NCBI GenBank assembly: GCA_019358915.1
Contig: JAHHIM010000045.1
Span: forward strand, 1-31,884
Direction of reading: 5' to 3'
From: Trichormus sp. ATA11-4-KO1
GTDB taxonomy: Bacteria; Cyanobacteriota; Cyanobacteriia; Cyanobacteriales; Nostocaceae
DNA length: 31,884 nt
The translations under genes and the position numbers were made by a program. Under the pieces are notes generated by a model. It made no database searches, was not told where the DNA came from, and saw nothing but the letters and a program-made list of their open reading frames with translations. Below are positions 1-8,156 of this stretch, piece by piece. Each line of letters starts with the position of its first letter. Within the stretch, counting starts at the first letter, position 1.

Positions 1-123
1 TTGCAAATAATAATGAGTCTGTTTGCAATTAATGTGAGCCAACAATTTTCTTGTTTGCAATTAATGTGAGCCAACAATTTTCTTGTTTGCAAGCCGGAGC
101 GTTTATGTTTGCGAGCCGCAACA
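1..123 (-). mobile_element. Transposon end (left copy); tip TGTTGCGG at 123 reading leftwards, with an array of putative transposase-binding repeats
   Basis: The reverse complement begins TGTTGCGGCTCGCAAAC. It holds GTTTGCAATTAATGTGAGCC at 21-40 and 53-72 (perfect 32-bp tandem 21-92) and related units at 1-19, 85-100 and 107-123. It is an inverted copy of 31762-31884 and is followed directly by CATAGA. Confidence 0.85.
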
Positions 124-129
124 CATAGA
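124..129 (+). repeat. 6-bp target-site duplication CATAGA (left copy)
   Basis: Identical hexamer at 31756-31761. Both copies directly abut the ACA/TGT tips. Confidence 0.85.
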
Positions 130-157
130 CGCGTGTCTGCGTTCACGAGAAAATTGT

Positions 158-187
158 TACAAGAGCCATGAGGCATTGGCTCTTGTA
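158..187. terminator. Stem-loop TACAAGAGCCA-N8-TGGCTCTTGTA; possible terminator on the minus strand
   Basis: Perfect 11-bp inverted repeat downstream of rep, followed on the minus strand by ACAATTTT. Confidence 0.55.
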
Positions 188-352
188 GAACAAGTTTCAA
201 TTGCCTATTCCACATTTGTGCCAATTACGTGTAATGTCAACCGTTAAGAGGTGCGATCGCGCAACAGCGATACGCAGTAATGCCTCTCAAAAAGCTTTAA
301 GAGTCCGGCTTTCATTTGCAAACTAAGAAATGCCTTCACAAGTGTTGCTTAA

Positions 353-3157
353 TCAAATGCCCAACCAAGGACGCAGATGAGCGCGTTTAACCCTCACCCC
401 TGGCTGAGTCTTAGTACCGATGCGGATATCGTTTGATTGTCCACACTCCCAGATGTAGACTAGTTCGCCGTTGTAATCAGCTATTGAATCAGCACCCAGT
501 CGCCACACGCTATTAGCTGCGTCCTTAATATGTTGCAGTTGTTCAGGACTAAACCCTTTAACTATTTGCTGTAATTCAGCACTCTCAAGGCTTAGAACGA
601 TTTCACCTAGTGTTGACCTGTCCTCCCAAGCCTCAATAATTCGTTGTGTGGTGCTGACTTCCTTTTGTGTGGTGCTGGCATTGGTGCTGGCTGAAACCCT
701 TGCTAGTGCTGGAGGTGCTGACTGTGCTGACTTATCCTGCTGATTTTGACTGCCAGCAGTGTGCATCAAGTAGTCTTGGTTGATGGTGTCAATTGTGTTT
801 TTATTAGTAAAAAGGTCAGCATCACTCTGTAAATCAGCACTATCAATACTTTCAGTCAGCATCGAGGTCAGCACTGGGTCAGCACCAATGTCAGCACCAA
901 TGTCAGCACCAAGGTTAGTATTACTGCTATTCAGGTCAGCACCAATGTCAGCATCTCTTTCCGAAATTAAAAGCGGAAAGTCTTGCCCTGACTGGCGAAT
1001 AGCAATTTTAGTGAGAAAACGCCCTTTCTTGTTCCTGACTTTTGCCGCATCAATGTTGAGTTGAGACTTCAGCAAATTGAGCAGAATTGCTGAAAATCTT
1101 TGCTTAGTCATAATGCCGTGAGAGTTACGCTGTGCCCATTCGCAGTAGTTGGGATAAAGGAATAATTCGGGATTTTGACCGTTATCACCGATTTGCGTTT
1201 GTGCGCGATCGTCATAGTAAAGACAGTCATTAGCCCAATCCGCAAGAGGATTAGTGCTTAACAGTACTTCGGTGCTAAACGAGGCCAGTGACGGCACTTT
1301 GTTGTTAGTGTTGCCTACATAAGCGGCTACATCATCAGCCGGCATTTCTAAGACCCATTGCAATACCCCAGGTAGGTATGGTTCAAACTGCTTTTCTAAA
1401 GGGCGGCGCTCGTTTTGAGGAACAATGCGCTCAAATGGTATTGATACACGACGACGGGCCAGCGCATTAGTGTAATCACTGCTTTGGATGATTTCGTTGG
1501 ACGCAATCCAGACCAGTCCATGAAATCTAAAGCTACCTGTTTGCTGGACTCCTTTTTTCTCGTGTCGCAGTTCATCATCACCTGTTAACTTCTTGAGAGT
1601 GCTAACATCACCTGTGTAGCGCTCAGAGTCAGTGATAAACACCGCTTTCTTGCCGTACAAAGCTGCTGTTTCAAAGCGGTTTTGCTCCAATTGTTTCAGC
1701 TCTGTGATGGCGTAGTTTTCCCTGCCTAGTAGTGCTTGCACCAGCCGCAATAAAGTCCCTTTTCCCGTGCCGCCAGCGCCTACTAGCTCCATGAATCGTT
1801 GTAGCTCTCCGCCGCGCTCGGTGACGGTGGCGTTGATGCCGGCGCGAATTAGTTGCACCCAGTCGCCTTTACCTTCGCAGGCTTCTAGCAACCATTGCTT
1901 CACTGGTTCACAACCTACACTACGGTCAGCCCACTTAAAAGGTAGCTGGGTCAGCATCCTGTATCCTGGCTCATGTGGATACTCTTTCAGGGTATTGACA
2001 TCAAGTACACAATCCTGTAAGCAAATAAATCCTTTGCGGACTTCCCAGTGATTAATTCTCAGCTTTGCCTTGAGTAAAGTCAAAACGCCGTTGACAAACT
2101 TACTAGAAAAATGTCGTGTCCGTGTTTCCAACTCTGTGATCACAATTGACATCGCTTCTTCAGAGGGAATTTCACCCCAGACCCCCTGCTTGTTCTCGGC
2201 TTCATACCAGTACCAAGCTTTGTTCGCTACGTGCCAAGCTAACCGAGCGCGGTAATCTTCTGCTATCTGTCCAGCAAAACCCGACTCTGATAAGATTTTG
2301 TTATCTAAATCGTTCTCCTGAAACTGACGTTCCCAAGTTTCAAAGTTAACAGCCTTGGCTAGTACTTTGTCTCTAAAAGCGTCGCTACCGTTGGACTGAA
2401 TGTAGTCGTCCATTCCTTTCCCCTCTGCTGCACTCCAATTGCCCGTGGCGATGTACACAGGCACTTTAAACTTAGCTAATTGACAAGCCAGTTTTCTCTG
2501 TGCTGCCATCACATTTTTGTTGGTCTTGGCGTTATCATCCGCGTCAAAGGCAATAATCCATCCAAACTTAGCACGGGCTAATAATTCTAGGGTATTGACT
2601 AGGTAACGTTTACCTTGGGGGTCGTTCTTAGAGGATGTTAGTCCTTGCTCAACACCAGGGAGGGCCACTGTGGGGAATCCGTGAAAACAGCCGGCTAGAG
2701 CTTTAAATAGCCCTTCAGTGATCAGTAAGCAGGGATGACCGTTGATGTGGTAGCAATTTTTTTTGAGTGCGTCTAAATCTTCCCAGTAGCGGGGATTATG
2801 AGGATGACGGGGTAACATCGCGTCATATTCTTCTTTGGTCGCTGTGCGATACTTGGGTGCTTTTTTCTCACCTTCGCTTTTCCAAGGCTTGTTAGGGCGG
2901 TACTGTCCAAAACCGTTGCTTCCTTCTAGCCAGATACCTGCTGACAAAGCTGTGTATCCTAAGCGCTGGGTCGCTTGTTTTATTTCCATTGAGCGACAGT
3001 TAACAGCTATCCATTCTGGACACAAGCCCCGTTTTGTTACACATTCTTTATAATGTCTGTCTGTCAGTCTATTAGCGGTCTGGTTTACAGTTGTTTGTAT
3101 TGTCTTCACTTTTGTTACTCCGAATTTTTTAAAATCCGGGTAACTCCTTATTGCCAC
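353..3157 (-). CDS. Plasmid replication primase-helicase (DUF3854/TOPRIM-like primase + D5_N + P4/D5-type SF3 helicase); likely true start GTG at 3109
   Basis: TOPRIM-like motifs ITEGLFKA, IAFDAD and KGMDD; Walker A GAGGTGKGT; LKKLTGDD and RRR motifs typical of D5/P4 helicases; GGAG SD 8 nt before GTG 3109. Confidence 0.9.
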   Translation of the reverse strand: MAIRSYPDFKKFGVTKVKTIQTTVNQTANRLTDRHYKECVTKRGLCPEWIAVNCRSMEIKQATQRLGYTALSAGIWLEGSNGFGQYRPNKPWKSEGEKKAPKYRTATKEEYDAMLPRHPHNPRYWEDLDALKKNCYHINGHPCLLITEGLFKALAGCFHGFPTVALPGVEQGLTSSKNDPQGKRYLVNTLELLARAKFGWIIAFDADDNAKTNKNVMAAQRKLACQLAKFKVPVYIATGNWSAAEGKGMDDYIQSNGSDAFRDKVLAKAVNFETWERQFQENDLDNKILSESGFAGQIAEDYRARLAWHVANKAWYWYEAENKQGVWGEIPSEEAMSIVITELETRTRHFSSKFVNGVLTLLKAKLRINHWEVRKGFICLQDCVLDVNTLKEYPHEPGYRMLTQLPFKWADRSVGCEPVKQWLLEACEGKGDWVQLIRAGINATVTERGGELQRFMELVGAGGTGKGTLLRLVQALLGRENYAITELKQLEQNRFETAALYGKKAVFITDSERYTGDVSTLKKLTGDDELRHEKKGVQQTGSFRFHGLVWIASNEIIQSSDYTNALARRRVSIPFERIVPQNERRPLEKQFEPYLPGVLQWVLEMPADDVAAYVGNTNNKVPSLASFSTEVLLSTNPLADWANDCLYYDDRAQTQIGDNGQNPELFLYPNYCEWAQRNSHGIMTKQRFSAILLNLLKSQLNIDAAKVRNKKGRFLTKIAIRQSGQDFPLLISERDADIGADLNSSNTNLGADIGADIGADPVLTSMLTESIDSADLQSDADLFTNKNTIDTINQDYLMHTAGSQNQQDKSAQSAPPALARVSASTNASTTQKEVSTTQRIIEAWEDRSTLGEIVLSLESAELQQIVKGFSPEQLQHIKDAANSVWRLGADSIADYNGELVYIWECGQSNDIRIGTKTQPGVRVKRAHLRPWLGI
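651..954. repeat. Iteron-like array inside rep; putative replication origin
   Basis: GTGCTG(A/G)C-type units at 651, 672, 684, 706, 715 and 724; inverted GTCAGCA(C/T)-type units at 815, 834, 855, 867, 878, 890, 902, 935 and 947; AT-rich tract ~791-813 between them. Confidence 0.65.
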
Positions 3158-3302
3158 ACGACCGCATAACTGGTTAATATAGAAATGCGATCGCGGTTCC
3201 GAAAAAGCCTTCTAAACTTTTTGTTTCGGAGTTACCCGCTTAATGATTTGTCAAATAACAGAACCCGCTTAACTTCCCGGTCGAGCGGGTTTTGTCATTT
3301 TT
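3151..3302 (+). ncRNA. Putative antisense (counter-transcribed) RNA over the rep leader, with promoter and terminator
   Basis: TTGCCA(3151)-N18-TAATAT(3175); internal hairpin 3198-3230; terminator stem AACCCGCTT/GAGCGGGTT 3262-3291 followed by a T-rich tail. Confidence 0.6.
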
Positions 3303-3341
3303 GAACCAGTTTACCTAATGGGTGTATGGAAATTCCCATCA

Positions 3342-3620
3342 TCAAGCTACATCCTTTACGGTAAAGCCCTTGCTACACCACTGAACTAACAGCCATCTGT
3401 CAGATTCTTTGTCTAAAGTGGGCTTGAGGCGGAAAGCAAAAAAATCTTCCCAAGCTTCTATCCCATGCAGTGTAACGAATTGTTTCTCAACTTCTTTAAA
3501 GCCTTCCCAGTTACGATCAGCGATCGCGGTCAGCATTGGAATTAATTCACTCACTGGTATCTGAGTAATTGTTTCACGCATCTGGGTGGGCCTCAAACGG
3601 ATTTTGTTCTGCACGATCAC
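3342..3620 (-). CDS. Hypothetical protein upstream of rep
   Basis: 92-aa ORF co-oriented with rep and the RHH gene; start uncertain. Confidence 0.6.
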   Translation of the reverse strand: MIVQNKIRLRPTQMRETITQIPVSELIPMLTAIADRNWEGFKEVEKQFVTLHGIEAWEDFFAFRLKPTLDKESDRWLLVQWCSKGFTVKDVA

Positions 3621-3646
3621 CTGTGGCTTGCTCTGAGTTTCTCATT

Positions 3647-3814
3647 TTATTTATCCTGCTTTTTTCGTTCTTTATATTGAGCTATCCAATCTGCCAGCGC
3701 GATGCTGGCAAGATTGGAAACGGATCGTTGTTGCTCGTCGGCAATTGTTTGTAGATCGTCTAATAATTCCTGTGATGCTAAATAAATTGTTAATCGTGGT
3801 TTCTTTGTAGCCAT
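3647..3814 (-). CDS. CopG/ribbon-helix-helix DNA-binding protein (55 aa, below the ORF-track cut-off)
   Basis: Manual translation MATKKPRLTIYLASQELLDDLQTIADEQQRSVSNLASIALADWIAQYKERKKQDK: beta strand RLTIYL, a helix, then the RSVSNL turn-helix. Confidence 0.75.
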   Translation of the reverse strand: MATKKPRLTIYLASQELLDDLQTIADEQQRSVSNLASIALADWIAQYKERKKQDK

Positions 3815-3889
3815 TACGCATAAAAAGTATGCTGTATTGAGCTATTAAATACCACTTCTAAGCCATTTGCAATTTATGTATGTATGGTG

Positions 3890-3929
3890 TTGACACTTCG
3901 CTTAAGTTCACTTAATATATTAGTGTCAA
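3890..3929. promoter_or_regulatory. Sigma70-type promoter within an inverted repeat (candidate operator)
   Basis: TTGACA(3890)-N17-TAATAT(3913); TTGACACT...AGTGTCAA inverted repeat. Confidence 0.5.
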
Positions 3930-4446
3930 GTTTATCGATACGTCAATAAATTAGATCAACAAAGATATCCAACTATTTGCATACAAATCTAACTAGCGGT
4001 CGCTCTATCTCTGCGGTCGTTGTGGTGTTGTGCGAATGAACACGCTGCAACAACAGAATACACGGTCAACGGAACGATAGAAATGACATTGCAGGCGTGA
4101 TCAAGTCCCGAAAGTGTAGTGTTTCACAGGAGCCGAAAGATTCATGCACATCAATTTACGCAACTTAGAAGCAATCAACGAATTACCTCAACTGAGAGTA
4201 ATACTTAATCCTATTCAAAGAAGAAAGTTAGAAGTTATGGATCGCTCAGAGAAATCAGAGATTCAGAGGAATTTAAGTAATTGGAATACTATGCAGATTT
4301 GACGCTAGGCGACGCAATACAAGCAGTGGGCAAACTACTACAATCACACGAAGCATGAAGTTCCAGGTGTGGTTGCCAGTCATAAACATAAGTATACCTT
4401 GTTCTGATGTGTTTAATGCAACTGGCTTTAATGCTCCGGTAGCGAG

Positions 4447-4475
4447 GCGATGCCTGCGGCGGGCAACGCCAACGC
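4447..4475. repeat. SDR5-like 21-nt small dispersed repeat inserted into a HIP1 site
   Basis: GCGAT-[GCCTGCGGCGGGCAACGCCAA]-CGC. Confidence 0.7.
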
Positions 4476-4632
4476 AAAAACTAGGCGATTCAGGGGCGTA
4501 AAAGTGGGGGTAAACCAGAAAGTGTCAGTAAGTCGCAAATTCTGAAAAGTCTTGTTAGCGCGTGGTTATATGCGACAAATCTTGGTTTTGGAAGTTCGTC
4601 CAAAGTTAAAAATCCAAGGTTATTGATAGCCG

Positions 4633-4690
4633 TCAGACTCAGGACTATATCAAATACCTCGAATCAGACTCAGGGCTATATCAAATACCT
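4633..4690 (+). repeat. 27-bp direct repeat x2 (31-bp period) upstream of the operon
   Basis: TCAGACTCAGG(A/G)CTATATCAAATACCT at 4633 and 4664. Confidence 0.85.
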
Positions 4691-4749
4691 TGGCATCACC
4701 GGATATTTAGTTAATTTTTAACCCAATTAAGTAATAGCTTGGAGGTAAT

Positions 4750-5277
4750 GTGACCACAAAAGCGTATTCAGCTAAGTATCGCCATCTGAAACAAATTTAT
4801 GAGCGCAATATGGGAAAACAAATTTCAGATATCACTTGGTATCGAGTAGTAGCTTTTCTCAAACAACGTTTTAGCTTAAATGTGGAGTCAGCCAACGCTC
4901 AAGAAATAGTTGAGACGTTTGCAGGATTAAGGCGGCGCTACGGTGCGTTAACCCCTAGCAGCAAAGGATTTAATGAGCGTTGGCAGGTTTTTAAGCATTT
5001 CTATGAGTTAGACACTAGCTATAACGGTAAGAGCTTTTTAATGGCGCTGGCAGACTATCTAAAAATCAACTTGGAAGACGTACCACGCAGCACTCGTTAC
5101 TACTGGTTTAGTCAAGCCGGACTATCTTTTAACGCCCTTAATACTTACCACTCCAAAGATTTAGCTCTTGTCGCGTTTGTTGCGGCTAAATGGGCAATCA
5201 ACAAGCGATCTGCCGCCTACGGCAGATCGCAGCCCATGAAATCCGCTTTCCCCCAAGTTTTAGTACTAGCCAAATAA
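4750..5277 (+). CDS. Hypothetical basic, possibly DNA-binding protein; first gene of operon
   Basis: GGAGG SD before GTG; K/R- and aromatic-rich. Confidence 0.75.
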   Translation: MTTKAYSAKYRHLKQIYERNMGKQISDITWYRVVAFLKQRFSLNVESANAQEIVETFAGLRRRYGALTPSSKGFNERWQVFKHFYELDTSYNGKSFLMALADYLKINLEDVPRSTRYYWFSQAGLSFNALNTYHSKDLALVAFVAAKWAINKRSAAYGRSQPMKSAFPQVLVLAK

Positions 5278-5289
5278 GGATTAATCATC

Positions 5290-6099
5290 ATGTCTAACAA
5301 ATTTACTAACAACGTCCGCGCTCGTTTATACAAGCAAGGTTATCAAGGATTTACCAAGGACGACTACACAGAAGCCGCAATTGCTATAGAGTGCGATGAC
5401 CTAGAAAATCCCACCAAAGAACAATTGAGTCAAGCCGTTGACTATCTCAAACTCAAAGCTCAAAGCAAAATATCTGTAGCTGATGAGTTTGTTGAAGAAA
5501 AATTGCACTCACAAGTAGAGTCTGAACAATCTCAGACTGAGGTTGAAACAGATGTGGTTGTAGAACTTGAGAAACAGGTGGAACAGGAAAAACCAGCACT
5601 CGTTTCAAAAATCACACAGCGCGAAGGGATTGAGTTAAATGAAGAAACCCAACTAAAACCAAGCATAGAACAATCTGAAATGCCAGCGATCGCCTCTGAA
5701 GATGAACCAGAAGAAACAGCCATTGCACTACAAGAAAAAACTGAATTAGTCGCCAGCACTGCAAATGATATGGGCATTACTTTATCTATTGAGGAAGTCA
5801 CAGCAATTGCTGAAAACTTTGATTATGCGAGTGAAAATTCTGATTATGAAATAGCAGAAATCGAGTCAGCAATTACAGCATTTGTACAACATAAAGCGCA
5901 GGTTACTAAGCAAAAGATAACCAACATGGTGCAAGGTGTTAGGGAGACTGTAACGCGATTGGATAATGAAAACTCCCAACTCTTGAATGATGGACTACGG
6001 GAGATAAATAACGACATCAAAAGCGGTTACCAGAGGTTTAAAAGCCAAGTCAGAACAGCACTCAAAGCCTTTGCGCTCCCACCTACTAAAACAGGCTGA
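5290..6099 (+). CDS. Hypothetical acidic protein with C-terminal helical/coiled-coil region
   Basis: AAGGA SD; E-rich linker; tightly spaced in the operon. Confidence 0.8.
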   Translation: MSNKFTNNVRARLYKQGYQGFTKDDYTEAAIAIECDDLENPTKEQLSQAVDYLKLKAQSKISVADEFVEEKLHSQVESEQSQTEVETDVVVELEKQVEQEKPALVSKITQREGIELNEETQLKPSIEQSEMPAIASEDEPEETAIALQEKTELVASTANDMGITLSIEEVTAIAENFDYASENSDYEIAEIESAITAFVQHKAQVTKQKITNMVQGVRETVTRLDNENSQLLNDGLREINNDIKSGYQRFKSQVRTALKAFALPPTKTG

Positions 6100-6289
6100 T
6101 AGAGGTTTGATAATTGCCTTTAATTCTCAGAAATTAGGCTACGTCATTTTGTTGATTTCATCCTTATTACTGGCTCTTGTAGCCTTCGATAATTACCGCT
6201 TCAATAGGCATAAAGTTACAAAGCCTGAGTATCGAGAATTTCATGACCCTAATATTTACTGGGAGATTCCCCAATGGTTCAACAGATAA
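6071..6289 (+). CDS. Small single-TM hypothetical protein
   Basis: Hydrophobic stretch LGYVILLISSLLLALVAF; overlaps both neighbours. Confidence 0.55.
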   Translation: MRSHLLKQADRGLIIAFNSQKLGYVILLISSLLLALVAFDNYRFNRHKVTKPEYREFHDPNIYWEIPQWFNR

Positions 6290-6522
6290 CAGAAACCAGA
6301 GAACTATCAAACCTAATCAATCAATCATTAACACTGATTGAAAAAATCAAGAGTCATCCTCAGTTCAAGCTAGTAGAGTATAGCCCAGATTTAACTTTGG
6401 GAGATGCACAGCAAGCATTAATCGAATTGCAATCAGAATTGCCGATTAATTACAGTTCAAATGTAAAAAATACGTCTAGAGAATCTTTAAATTTTTTCAC
6501 ATTGGAAGACTTCACTAGTTAG
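6274..6522 (+). CDS. Small hypothetical protein
   Basis: 82-aa ORF in operon orientation. Confidence 0.6.
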   Translation: MVQQITETRELSNLINQSLTLIEKIKSHPQFKLVEYSPDLTLGDAQQALIELQSELPINYSSNVKNTSRESLNFFTLEDFTS

Positions 6523-6597
6523 CCCTCACCTTCACCCGCAACCAATTTTAGCTGTTTCCAGGAATGACCCTAAAAAGTAAATAGGAGTTATCAAATA

Positions 6598-7287
6598 ATG
6601 ACTAAAAAACTAACTGACTCAACCACTGCCACCACCAAAGCGACATTAAAAAACCACGTAGCACCCAAAGCCAGAAGAATAGGCAATGTTTTAAAGCCTA
6701 AATTTGGTGTAAATTTGACCGACTTTGATGCAGCATTAGCCGGAGATGTAGCAGCTGCTCAAAAAATTGGAGAACTAGCAAGACAAGGACGATTATCAGC
6801 CGAATTAGCGCCAAAACTTGCACAAGCTTACATTGAGATTATTAACGGATCAGAAGCATATAACAAAGCCACTGCGGATATTTTAGTTCAAGCTGGTAAG
6901 AGTGCGATCGCCATTGATAAAGCCACCATGCAAGCCACTTTAGCTAACTCCAAATATGGACACCAACGAAGTGAACTAGCAAGTGAATTTGTCAAAGCTA
7001 AGAATACAGAGAATCAGCGTCATCGATACCAGATGAATTATCAAGAAATCAAAGGTTATATTGACGCTCATCTAGTAGGGATTGACCAAAAAACTTCACT
7101 TTTAGAACAGTCCTATAGACCTGAAATTAAGCAAATAGCCGCAGATGAACAACATGAAATGCGGGAATTAAACGAGGGATTAAATAAAGGCGATCGCGCT
7201 CGTTATGACCTCATCCCTGAGAAAAATTACCAAACACCAGGATTAAAAGCCCGGATATTGCAATTAAAAACAGCATTGGGCTTTTAG
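6598..7287 (+). CDS. Hypothetical alpha-helical/coiled-coil protein
   Basis: AGGAG SD; Ala/Lys/Gln-rich helical sequence. Confidence 0.8.
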   Translation: MTKKLTDSTTATTKATLKNHVAPKARRIGNVLKPKFGVNLTDFDAALAGDVAAAQKIGELARQGRLSAELAPKLAQAYIEIINGSEAYNKATADILVQAGKSAIAIDKATMQATLANSKYGHQRSELASEFVKAKNTENQRHRYQMNYQEIKGYIDAHLVGIDQKTSLLEQSYRPEIKQIAADEQHEMRELNEGLNKGDRARYDLIPEKNYQTPGLKARILQLKTALGF

Positions 7288-7345
7288 TTAAAAATCCCCC
7301 TAAATAAATAGGGGGGTGATTTTTCTGACATCATCTTTTTTCATT

Positions 7346-7915
7346 ATGAACCCTGACCAGTTAGAAGAATTGCTAGACAATCAAGAATCTTCCCCCAATG
7401 AAGATACTTTGAGATATTTACAACACATCGAAAATCGATTGTATGAAGATATCGAAGCCAGAAAACGAATTGATAGCGGTATACTCTTTCTAACTTGTCA
7501 GGTAGGGTCATGTAGCCTGTCATGGTTGCTGTTTGAACTGAGAGTAACACTGGTGATTATTCAGGTATTTAGTGCTTGCATAGCCTTAATACCTGGATTA
7601 ATTCATATCGGGGATGGTTTCAACTTTGAAGCATCTAGCGAAAACTGGCGAATACGCTTTGGAGATAAGCCATTAATAGGAATTGCCAAATTATTTATAG
7701 GTGGTGCAGTGTCATTTTCTGGGACTAGCAGAATTACGAAAGAAGTAATATTAACCCATGACGTAATTGCTGAAACCTACAAAGAAATTAGAGCCAACAA
7801 TGGATTTACTTGGCAGTTACCCAGCATGAACATTTCACTATTGATTGCTCTAATTTTCATGGCAGTAGTTATTTATTTAAAATCTCTGGGTAATCCAAAT
7901 GTACAGGATAAATAG
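7346..7915 (+). CDS. Multi-pass membrane hypothetical protein (start MNPDQ)
   Basis: About 4 hydrophobic segments. Confidence 0.75.
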   Translation: MNPDQLEELLDNQESSPNEDTLRYLQHIENRLYEDIEARKRIDSGILFLTCQVGSCSLSWLLFELRVTLVIIQVFSACIALIPGLIHIGDGFNFEASSENWRIRFGDKPLIGIAKLFIGGAVSFSGTSRITKEVILTHDVIAETYKEIRANNGFTWQLPSMNISLLIALIFMAVVIYLKSLGNPNVQDK

Positions 7916-8156
7916 TTTCTGGGGGATTTTAATTAGCTCCTTAACTACAGTGGTCACGCTTAACTATTTAGCCACTGGTTTTGTAGACTTTGTTTTCAAT
8001 ATTGATGCAGTGGTGAATTGGTTAATTACTCCTGATAATCTCGCCACAGTAGAAAGTTTGATAACAAAAATCAGATTATTCATCCAAGGATATTGGTTGT
8101 ACTTAATTGCTGGCATTTATCTATTGTTTTGGGTAAAAGCACAATGCAAGAGATAG
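7899..8156 (+). CDS. Small two-TM membrane protein
   Basis: Two hydrophobic segments; overlaps both neighbours. Confidence 0.7.
   Translation: MYRINSFWGILISSLTTVVTLNYLATGFVDFVFNIDAVVNWLITPDNLATVESLITKIRLFIQGYWLYLIAGIYLLFWVKAQCKR

Noticed and set aside
21..100. CRISPR array
   Set aside because: The intervening sequences are only 12 bp and identical, there are no cas genes, and transposon-end repeats explain the pattern better.
193..213. CRISPR repeat (ATTGAAAC-like end on the minus strand)
   Set aside because: Isolated copy with no regularly spaced array.
780..3053. Short plus-strand ORFs within rep, and similar antisense ORFs elsewhere (e.g. 5532-5801, 9058-9408, 24999-25475)
   Set aside because: Shadow ORFs opposite well-supported genes, with no recognisable motifs.
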